A DNA stretch of 53,876 nt from an uncultured Clostridiaceae bacterium. GTDB lineage: Bacteria; Bacillota; Clostridia; Lutisporales; Lutisporaceae. The notes under the pieces were generated by a model, which searched no databases, had not been told where the DNA came from, and was given only the letters and a program-made list of their open reading frames with translations. This document shows, one piece after another, positions 47,029 through 53,876 of the stretch (positions are counted from its first letter, which is position 1; each line of letters begins with the position of its first letter). A program made the translations under genes and the position numbers. The DNA lies in contig CAZQHS010000001.1 of the NCBI GenBank assembly GCA_964593485.1, forward strand, positions 11,779 through 65,654, read 5' to 3'.

Positions 47029-47574
47029 TCATTTTAACATATAACTTCCTTTGATGATTAAAAACACACCATCTCCAGCCTTAATTCCTCTTCCATCATC
47101 TCTGGATGATATAAGCATATGATTCAAAATTATTGCCTCGCCATCTTTCAAATCCTTTGCTGCGGTGATATCCGATAGCCCCCCGTTTTTCCCGTATATA
47201 GCTGTGGTTTTACCTGACCTCACGATTATCTCCGCCCCTTCTCCGCTTAACAGGATTTGACCTTTTTTCATTTCTACAACTTTAAAAGTCAATGCGTTTT
47301 CGACCTTTTCTTTAAGGTCATTAATTATCTCATCCATTTCCTCTAATTCCAGCATCATATCATCAATCTCTTCCCTATTAAAATTAAGGTTCGAATCGAT
47401 ATAATACTTTATCTGCTCTATCTTTTTGTCAACGAAGCTGAGAGTAACGATGGGGTCTGCTTCTGAACCGGGTTCTGCACCGTCGGCTGTACCGAATATA
47501 AATAGTGAAACCATGACAATTAAAACTGCAATTAAAACTACTGCCGCTTTTAACTTTTTATTATTTCTTTTCAT
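47029..47574 (-). CDS. Hypothetical membrane-anchored protein with a short coiled coil and a beta-rich C-terminal domain
   Basis: 181 aa. The start is moved to the ATG at 47574 because the tracked TTG at 47589 is part of the GGAGG SD. Confidence 0.6.
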   Translation of the reverse strand: MKRNNKKLKAAVVLIAVLIVMVSLFIFGTADGAEPGSEADPIVTLSFVDKKIEQIKYYIDSNLNFNREEIDDMMLELEEMDEIINDLKEKVENALTFKVVEMKKGQILLSGEGAEIIVRSGKTTAIYGKNGGLSDITAAKDLKDGEAIILNHMLISSRDDGRGIKAGDGVFLIIKGSYMLK

Positions 47575-47681
47575 ATATCTTGCCTCCAATCAACCCTTTT
47601 AAGATATAATTCGCTAATATTAGATAAAATCCTGTATTTAGCAAAAAATTATATTAGCAAGGCTTGTACCCGGTAACAACA

Positions 47682-47734
47682 CTTGCCAAAGAGTCTTAAT
47701 GGGATAACGCTGAGATCGTATGAACTGTAACAGT
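47682..47734 (+). repeat. Short degenerate member of the mosaic repeat family
   Basis: CTTGCCAAAGAGTCTTAA resembles 40833-40851 and is followed by CGTATGAACTGTAACAGTT (a GAACAGT-type end). Confidence 0.55.
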
Positions 47735-47787
47735 TGAATTATATTTCAGATGTAGGTAGAAGTTAAAAAACAAAGAGTTGAAAGTAT

Positions 47788-47807
47788 AAAAGAGCCTACG
47801 CTCTTTT
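47788..47807 (-). terminator. Terminator candidate of mazEF
   Basis: AAAAGAGC-CTAC-GCTCTTTT hairpin overlapping the mazF stop, with a T-rich tail on the minus strand. Confidence 0.6.
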
Positions 47808-48162
47808 AAACATTGTATTCTTTTAAACCAAAACTGATTTCTAAACTGTTATCTACTTTTGCCATAAGTTCTTCCGCAAGATGACCTATTTTTTCTCTAA
47901 GTCTTCTCTTATCTATAGTTCTAATCTGTTCCAGCAGTATTACAGAGTCTTTTGCTAATCCATATTCTTCCGCACTTATTTCAATATGGGTAGGAAGTTT
48001 TGCCTTATTGATTTGAGAAGTAATAGCAGCCACTATAACAGTAGGACTGTACCTATTCCCTATATCATTTTGTATCACAAGAACTGGTCTTGTTCCCCCT
48101 TGTTCCGAGCCGATTACAGGGCTCAGATCGGCATAAAATATATCTCCCCTCTTTACAATCAC
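47806..48162 (-). CDS. mazF: Type II toxin MazF/EndoA (PemK family mRNA interferase)
   Basis: Near-colinear with B. subtilis EndoA as I recall it ([50 protein letters not shown]). The GTG start at 48162 comes 1 nt after the mazE stop. Confidence 0.93.
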   Translation of the reverse strand: MIVKRGDIFYADLSPVIGSEQGGTRPVLVIQNDIGNRYSPTVIVAAITSQINKAKLPTHIEISAEEYGLAKDSVILLEQIRTIDKRRLREKIGHLAEELMAKVDNSLEISFGLKEYNV

Positions 48163-48163
48163 A

Positions 48164-48439
48164 TCATTCACGCTCCGCAAGCCTGGATTCGTAATTACAT
48201 ATACACTCTTGGTCAGCACATAGCCCCATTTCTGCTATTGTTACATTTATCTGTGTCATTTCAATATAACCCTTTTTCATACCTTCGGTAAAGTTCATCC
48301 TTTTTATCTCACCCAAATAATGCTTCATAGCTTTCCTCACAAATTCACTTCTATTGCACTGTTCAATAAAGAGCATGTTGTCTACTTCTTCTAAAAGGCT
48401 GCCCGGTAAGCTTATAACAATCCTTTTACATTCTGCCAC
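48164..48439 (-). CDS. mazE: Ribbon-helix-helix antitoxin MazE/EndoAI
   Basis: 91 aa with an RHH N-terminus ([27 protein letters not shown]) and a YdcD-like middle ([12 protein letters not shown]). GTG start 7 nt after GGAGG. Confidence 0.85.
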   Translation of the reverse strand: MAECKRIVISLPGSLLEEVDNMLFIEQCNRSEFVRKAMKHYLGEIKRMNFTEGMKKGYIEMTQINVTIAEMGLCADQECICNYESRLAERE

Positions 48440-48611
48440 ACTAGCACCTCCAGTATTTCTTTTGTCTCACTAAATATGTATGGTGTAAAATACCAAACCT
48501 GCAACAGTCTCCATGAATTTATGCTATCCACATATAGACTATTATATACCAGCTTTTACATTAAAGCTATACATAATATCTGCCATTTGCAACCTTATCC
48601 GGAAAGAGGTT

Positions 48612-48731
48612 ACTGTTCATACATTACCTAATTGCCTTATATTGCTATGATAAATGTCACTGTCGAGACTTCCCGATAAGTCTTAAGATCCTTCGCAATG
48701 CTCAGGATGACACCAAGACTATATGAACAGT
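48612..48731 (+). mobile_element. 120-bp MITE-like element with 10-bp terminal inverted repeats, bracketed by an 18-bp direct repeat
   Basis: Ends ACTGTTCATA and TATGAACAGT. The direct repeat CGGAAAGAGGTTACTGTT sits at 48600-48617 and 48734-48751, overlapping the left TIR. About 90 percent identical to the inverted copy at 22461-22580. Confidence 0.75.
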
Positions 48732-48766
48732 ATCGGAAAGAGGTTACTGTTATATTAAATCATATG

Positions 48767-49945
48767 TTAACATGGATAGATATAATTCACGATATTTACT
48801 ACTTTTCCTTCCTTTATATAAACTCTGGGTACTCTTTTTCCTATCATGCAAATTATTTCATAGTTAATAGTGCCTAAAATATTTGCTATTTCGTCAATAG
48901 ATATTGTATTTCCATTTTGTTCACCAAACAATATAACTTCATCCCCAACCTTAACATCATCAATCCCCGATACATCTATCATGCATTGATCCATGCATAT
49001 CCTTCCTGCTATGGGGACTCGCTGTCCTTTTACTATTGTTTCCGCCTTACCTGTAAGCATTCTGGTATATCCATCTGCATAACCCAAAGGTAATGATGCT
49101 ATTTTGGATTTTTTAGATGCTACAAACTTTCTCCCATAGCTTACGCTTTCATTTACTTCGATTTCTTTTACATGTGTAATACGGGCTTTTAAAGACATGA
49201 CCTGTCTCAAATCAATCCTGTCAAGCATAACATCTTCAGAAGGTGCCAGGCCGTATAGAATAATGCCCGCCCTTACCATATCTAAATGAAAATCTGGTAA
49301 ATCTATGATAGTGGCACTATTACCGCAATGTCTCACGTTAATTTTTACGCCTTCTTCCGCAAGTCTGTCATACATCCACTTAAATTTTTCAAATTGTTTG
49401 TTAGTATACTCTTTATCCTTTTCATCCGCTACGGCAAAATGTGTAAAAATCCCTTCAATGAACAGATTTGGAAGCAAGGATATCTTTTTAATCAGGCTGA
49501 CTGTATCTTCTCCTGGCACCAAGCCGATTCTACCCATTCCCGTATCAATTTTTATGTGAACCTTGGCATTTTTATTCTGTCTGACAGCTTCTTGGGATAT
49601 CGCTTCTGCCACATCATAGGAATATACCGCTTGTTCAGCCTCGCTTTTCACTATTTCTTCTGCTCTTTCAGGACCTGTATATCCCATAACAAGAATATGT
49701 TCCTTTATCCCGAATTTCCTCAGTTCCAAAGCCTCATCCAAAACTGCCACTGCAAACCTGTCAGCACCGTTTTCCAGCAAAGTTTTTGCAATATACTTGG
49801 CACCATGTCCATACCCGTCTGCCTTAATCACGGCTGTTATTAAGGCATTTTTGTCTGTCAGCCTTCTGATTTCCCGCATATTATGTGCCAAATTGTCAAG
49901 GTTTATTTCAGCCCATACCGGCCTTATTTGATTTAAATCGTACAT
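48767..49945 (-). CDS. alr: Alanine racemase
   Basis: 392 aa with the PLP-lysine motif AVIKADGYGHG and a typical C-terminal beta domain. Confidence 0.95.
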   Translation of the reverse strand: MYDLNQIRPVWAEINLDNLAHNMREIRRLTDKNALITAVIKADGYGHGAKYIAKTLLENGADRFAVAVLDEALELRKFGIKEHILVMGYTGPERAEEIVKSEAEQAVYSYDVAEAISQEAVRQNKNAKVHIKIDTGMGRIGLVPGEDTVSLIKKISLLPNLFIEGIFTHFAVADEKDKEYTNKQFEKFKWMYDRLAEEGVKINVRHCGNSATIIDLPDFHLDMVRAGIILYGLAPSEDVMLDRIDLRQVMSLKARITHVKEIEVNESVSYGRKFVASKKSKIASLPLGYADGYTRMLTGKAETIVKGQRVPIAGRICMDQCMIDVSGIDDVKVGDEVILFGEQNGNTISIDEIANILGTINYEIICMIGKRVPRVYIKEGKVVNIVNYIYPC

Positions 49946-50001
49946 TCCACGACCTCCTTTGTATTTATATGCTACTTATATTTATCCAAAAATCTATTCG
50001 C

Positions 50002-50961
50002 TTAACATCCTATATTTTTAATTATATTAGGAATAAACCTTATTATGTCTGTTGCTGTCATGCCCCATTGTCCGTATTCATCCGCAGCTTTGTCCCCTGC
50101 ACAGCCATGAACATATACACCGCAAATTGCCGCATTTTGGGGTGTAAATCCTTGGGCTATTAAGGCTGTTATAATGCCTGCCAAAACATCTCCCGCCCCT
50201 GCCGTTGCCATGCCCGGATTCCCCGTGGGATTAATCCATGTTTCCCCGCTTAATGAACTTATTACGGTGCGGTGTCCTTTTAGCACAACAGTTACCTTAT
50301 ACTTCTTTGCAAACTCTCTTGCATACCCTATCCTATCATTTTGTATATCATCGGGGCTGACTTTTAACAGTCTTGCCATTTCACCGAGATGAGGGGTTAA
50401 TATTATCTCCCCGCACTTTTCCAGTAAAACCGAAGGGTTCTTGGATATAGCATTCAAACCGTCTGCATCAATTACAATGGGATTTTTATATTCCTTTATT
50501 ATTTTAGCAACAAGCTGAAAAATATCTTTACCCAAACCAAGACCCGGACCTATCAGCATGGCTGTCGCCTTTTGGAATTCATCTTTGATATCTTCATAAC
50601 TTTCAATGGACAGACAACCTTGGTTATCCTCCATTAAACCTTTTGTCATGATTTCCGGCACCTTGCCGCTCACAATACCCATGAGACTATCGGGAACTGC
50701 CAACATGACTATCCCCGTACCTGTCCTAAGTGCCGCTTCAGATGATAAAATCCCCGCCCCTGCCATGCCTTTTGAAGTGGCAATTACCAAAACCCTCCCA
50801 TAAGTGCCTTTATGGGAATTATTTTCCCTGGGTCTGAAATAACCCTTAACAAAATTTTCATCAGTAACACGCGGTTCTGAACCTACTCTATCAACTGCTG
50901 AACAATCATTAATGAATATTTCGTCTGTCGCCCTCATTTGCCGAGATGAGCATGCTTTCAA
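50002..50961 (-). CDS. nnrD: ADP/ATP-dependent NAD(P)H-hydrate dehydratase (YjeF C-terminal domain only)
   Basis: Motifs SHKGTYGRVLVIA, GPGLG and GAGDVLAGII. The proposed TTG start at 50961 lies 7 nt after AGAGGTGG and overlaps the acpS 3' end. Confidence 0.85.
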   Translation of the reverse strand: MKACSSRQMRATDEIFINDCSAVDRVGSEPRVTDENFVKGYFRPRENNSHKGTYGRVLVIATSKGMAGAGILSSEAALRTGTGIVMLAVPDSLMGIVSGKVPEIMTKGLMEDNQGCLSIESYEDIKDEFQKATAMLIGPGLGLGKDIFQLVAKIIKEYKNPIVIDADGLNAISKNPSVLLEKCGEIILTPHLGEMARLLKVSPDDIQNDRIGYAREFAKKYKVTVVLKGHRTVISSLSGETWINPTGNPGMATAGAGDVLAGIITALIAQGFTPQNAAICGVYVHGCAGDKAADEYGQWGMTATDIIRFIPNIIKNIGC

Positions 50962-51355
50962 TATCCATCCACCTCTTTTCAAGTGAAACCTCCGCAATAG
51001 CGGTAGCTGTAGCATATTCTTTGCAATGTGAAATGCTCACATGGATCAAGCCTATATAATTGCTGTCCGCATAATCTTTAACTTTGCCGTTTAATCTGAC
51101 ATAGGGACGCCCATTACCATCCCTTATAATCTCTACTTCTTTCCACTTAAACTTGCTAAGTCCCGTGCCCATGGCTTTGAATACCGCTTCTTTGGCTGCA
51201 AAGCCTCCTGCAATATTCTGTGGATTCCATCGTTTATATTCATAGTATTCCGATTCTTCCACGCTGAACAATCTGTTCATTAGATTTGGATATCTTTCTA
51301 TCACTTTTTTAATCCTGTTTATTTCAATAATATCAGTACCTATTCCGTAAACCAT
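50909..51355 (-). CDS. acpS: Holo-[acyl-carrier-protein] synthase
   Basis: N-terminal GIGTDIIEI, then FAAKEAVFKA and HVSISH. A C-terminal extension of about 25 aa overlaps the next gene. Confidence 0.9.
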   Translation of the reverse strand: MVYGIGTDIIEINRIKKVIERYPNLMNRLFSVEESEYYEYKRWNPQNIAGGFAAKEAVFKAMGTGLSKFKWKEVEIIRDGNGRPYVRLNGKVKDYADSNYIGLIHVSISHCKEYATATAIAEVSLEKRWMDIESMLISANEGDRRNIH

Positions 51356-51437
51356 TTAGGCACCCCCAATACCAAATATAATATACTGCATATAGATTAG
51401 TATTCTACATTTAGTTTGTATTTCCTCCAAAAAAAAT

Positions 51438-51473
51438 CAGTTGCCAAAGTTTATCACACCACTTGGGCAACTG
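51438..51473 (-). terminator. Rho-independent terminator of leuS
   Basis: Stem CAGTTGCCAA / TTGGGCAACTG (one bulge) with a run of 8 T on the minus strand (A-run 51429-51436 on plus), 17 nt after the leuS stop. Confidence 0.7.
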
Positions 51474-51489
51474 TCAGAAAATCATTTTC

Positions 51490-53876
51490 TTATTTCACCA
51501 CAATATTTATAAGCCTGCCTTTTACCACTATCACTCTAATAATGTTTTTATCTTTAATAAACTCTTTTGTTTCGTCATCATCCATTACAATCTTTTCAAC
51601 TTCTTTGGCACCGGCACCCGAAGGTACCATAATTCTCGATCTGACTTTGCCGTTAATCTGAACTGCAATCTCCACTTCATCCTTTATCAGGGCTTCTTCT
51701 TTCCACTTTGGCCAGGACTCATTGAAAATGGAATAATCGTATTCCAAGGCTTCCCATATATCTTCCCCGAAGTGTGGAGCAAAAGGTGCCAAAAGCCTGA
51801 TTAGATCAGCAAAGGTCTCCTCAAACAAAGGAATGTTTTTATCTTTTACCTCTGTCTCATACTTATAAAGTGCATTCAAAAGTTCCATCATCCTGGCTAT
51901 AGCTGTATTGAAATGAAACTCCTCCGTATCCCCCGTGACTTCCTTTATTGCCCTATGACGCTCATAAAGCAAATCCTTTTCCCGAGGTCCGATTTTTTCC
52001 CCGCCTTTTTCACTCCTAAGCCCTATTACCTTCTCCGACAACCTCTCAATCCTGTGTAAAAATCTCGCTATGGCTTTTATGCCATCATCATTCCAAGGTC
52101 CGCCTTCCTCATAAGCAAACCCGAACATGAGATATAAACGGAATACATCGGAGCCGTGCTCATCTATATAACTGTCCGGTGATATAACATTGCCTTTTGA
52201 TTTGCTCATTTTATTGCCGTCCGCCCCCAAAATAACACCCTGGTGCCTCAAGGACGAAAAGGGTTCGTCGAAATCTAAATATCCCAAATCCCTCAAAGCT
52301 TTGGTGAAAAATCTGGCATATAAAAGATGCATGGCGGCATGCTCTGAACCGCCCACATACATATCTACAGGAAGCATTTTATTTATCCATTCTCTATTCC
52401 ACGCTTCTTTTTCATTCTTATTATCTGGATATCGTAAGAAATACCATGAAGAACATACAAAGGTATCCAAAGTGTCCGCATCTCTTTTGGCGGGGCCTCC
52501 GCATTTCGGGCATTTCGTATTAATGAATTCCGCAGCCTTCCGTAACGGCGACTCACCGTCAGGAGTGAATTCCACATCGTATGGCAACAACACCGGCAAT
52601 TCATCTTCAGAAACAGGAACAATGCCGCAGTGCTCACAATAAACAATAGGTATAGGAGTACCCCAATATCTCTGCCTGGAAACAAGCCAGTCCCTCAACC
52701 TATAGTTTATCTTTAGTTCCCCTTTGCCCTTTTTACTCAGTTCTTCAACTATACTATTCATGGCATCTTTTGATTTCATACCATCAAAGCTGTTACTGTT
52801 GACCAGAACCCCATAATCCACATAGGGCAATGGTGCATCACTGCCATCTTCACTGTCAATAACCCTTACTATGGAAAGGTTGAATTTTTCCGCAAATTCA
52901 TAATCCCTTTCATCATGGCCGGGAACAGCCATAACGCATCCCGTACCGTAAGAGGCCAAAACATAATCGGATATCCAAATAGGTAGTCTTTCTCCCGTAA
53001 GCGGATGAAAACAGTATGCTCCGGTAAAAACGCCGGTTTTTTCTTTTACTGTAGACATCCTGTCTATTTCACTTTGTTTTGCTGCCCATTTTTTATATTC
53101 ATCTACGGATTTTCTGCATTCATCCGTGGTTATCATATCAACCAATTCATTTTCCGGTGCCAAAACCATATAGGTAATACCAAACAAGGTGTCTGCCCTC
53201 GTTGTAAATACTTTAAAATTCAAATCTGAATTTTCTATTTCAAATTCTATCTCGGAGCCTTCAGACCTACCTATCCAATTTACTTGAATCTTTTTTGTCC
53301 TTTCCGGCCAATCTATTACATTGAGCTTTTCCAATAATTCGTCTGCATAGGCGGTTATCTTAAAAAACCACTGGGTCAAGTTCTTTTTTATTACCTCTGC
53401 TTGACATCTTTCACAAAAATTTTCTATAACCTGTTCATTTGCCAAAACCGTTTGGCAACTGGGGCACCAGTTTACCGGTGCTTCCTTTCTATAGGCCAGG
53501 CCTGCCTCATAAAGTTTAAGGAAAATCCACTGAGTCCATTTATAGTATTCCGGATCACAAGTAACAACCTCATAATCCCAATCAAACATGGCTCCCATTT
53601 CTTTTAACTGTTTTTCCATGGTTTCAATATTTTTAATGGTAGAATCCCAAGGGTGTATGCCTGTCTTTATGGCATAGTTCTCCGCAGGTAATCCAAAAGC
53701 ATCAAATCCCATAGGCTGAAATACTTCATAACCCTGCATTCTTTTAAACCTTGCCCAGGAATCCGTAGGCCCGAAATTATACCAATGCCCAACATGCAAA
53801 TTTGCACCTGACGGATAGGAGAACATTTCCATACAATAAAGTTTTTTATCCGCATTTGCGGGGTTAAAGCTGTATA
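51490..53876 (-). CDS. leuS: Leucyl-tRNA synthetase (5' end outside the window)
   Basis: HIGH-type motif ([10 protein letters not shown]), KMSKS (NKMSKSKGN), an editing domain and zinc-binding Cys pairs. The reading frame stays open to the window edge (..[14 protein letters not shown]). Confidence 0.97.
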   Translation of the reverse strand, partial: YSFNPANADKKLYCMEMFSYPSGANLHVGHWYNFGPTDSWARFKRMQGYEVFQPMGFDAFGLPAENYAIKTGIHPWDSTIKNIETMEKQLKEMGAMFDWDYEVVTCDPEYYKWTQWIFLKLYEAGLAYRKEAPVNWCPSCQTVLANEQVIENFCERCQAEVIKKNLTQWFFKITAYADELLEKLNVIDWPERTKKIQVNWIGRSEGSEIEFEIENSDLNFKVFTTRADTLFGITYMVLAPENELVDMITTDECRKSVDEYKKWAAKQSEIDRMSTVKEKTGVFTGAYCFHPLTGERLPIWISDYVLASYGTGCVMAVPGHDERDYEFAEKFNLSIVRVIDSEDGSDAPLPYVDYGVLVNSNSFDGMKSKDAMNSIVEELSKKGKGELKINYRLRDWLVSRQRYWGTPIPIVYCEHCGIVPVSEDELPVLLPYDVEFTPDGESPLRKAAEFINTKCPKCGGPAKRDADTLDTFVCSSWYFLRYPDNKNEKEAWNREWINKMLPVDMYVGGSEHAAMHLLYARFFTKALRDLGYLDFDEPFSSLRHQGVILGADGNKMSKSKGNVISPDSYIDEHGSDVFRLYLMFGFAYEEGGPWNDDGIKAIARFLHRIERLSEKVIGLRSEKGGEKIGPREKDLLYERHRAIKEVTGDTEEFHFNTAIARMMELLNALYKYETEVKDKNIPLFEETFADLIRLLAPFAPHFGEDIWEALEYDYSIFNESWPKWKEEALIKDEVEIAVQINGKVRSRIMVPSGAGAKEVEKIVMDDDETKEFIKDKNIIRVIVVKGRLINIVVK

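Noticed and set aside
52383-52685. Same-strand out-of-frame ORFs inside leuS and uvrA (52383-52685, 53667-53855, 19493-19681)
   Set aside because: They are embedded in conserved domains of essential genes, with arginine- and cysteine-rich nonsense composition.
1-53876. Search for tRNA, rRNA, tmRNA, RNase P or SRP-like GC-rich segments, and for transposase, integrase, phage or defence-system genes
   Set aside because: No intergenic stretch has the length, GC content or conserved motifs (for example GGTTCGAATCC) of stable RNAs. Every ORF of 100 aa or more was assigned to a housekeeping, envelope or hypothetical class, with no nuclease, helicase or reverse-transcriptase signatures beyond the Uvr proteins.

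Overview
This is a 53.9-kb AT-rich chromosomal segment that looks like a Firmicutes, Clostridia-type genome; the taxon is inferred from gene content and synteny only. It holds about 50 tightly packed protein genes, and all but two are on the minus strand.

Positions 1-33.5 kb are housekeeping:
- Fe-S aldo/keto reductase, pfkA, dnaE, pgi, whiA, signal peptidase I, rapZ, a PHP phosphoesterase, murB and a CofE-like protein.
- An orphan solute-binding protein, a PspC-domain protein, uvrC, ybaK, a 165-aa unknown, then uvrA and uvrB. uvrB has a consensus sigma-A promoter with a LexA (Cheo) box.
- A small plus-strand ORF, a PDZ membrane protein, ctpA, znuC-znuB-zur, an M23/EnvC-like peptidase, ftsX, ftsE, 5-formyl-THF cyclo-ligase (plus strand) and a split transketolase.

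Positions 33.6-47 kb are a cell-envelope glycopolymer locus. It contains a tagA-like gene, a GT4-CsaB pyruvyltransferase fusion, an acyltransferase-3, a large secreted phosphodiester glycosidase, an O-antigen-ligase-like protein, DUF4330, a PIG-L deacetylase, a GNAT and a MATE transporter.

The right end carries mazEF, alr, an NAD(P)HX dehydratase, acpS and a 5'-partial leuS.

I see no rRNA, tRNA, CRISPR array, transposase, integrase or recognisable defence genes other than MazEF.

The least ordinary content is non-coding. Nearly every long intergenic spacer carries short mosaic repeats from at least four families. Two copies are bracketed by 17-18 bp direct repeats, and one of those repeats duplicates the 3' end of a gene.

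I did not find a convincing novel protein-coding system. The candidates are the degenerate ATPase-like ORF in the uvr cluster, the CofE-like gene beside a rapZ-whiA cluster that lacks yvcK, the GT4-CsaB fusion locus and a domain-deleted nnr. They are listed with modest scores and explicit tests.

All coordinates were hand-read. Start codons were revised from the ORF track wherever a Shine-Dalgarno sequence sat inside the tracked N-terminus.
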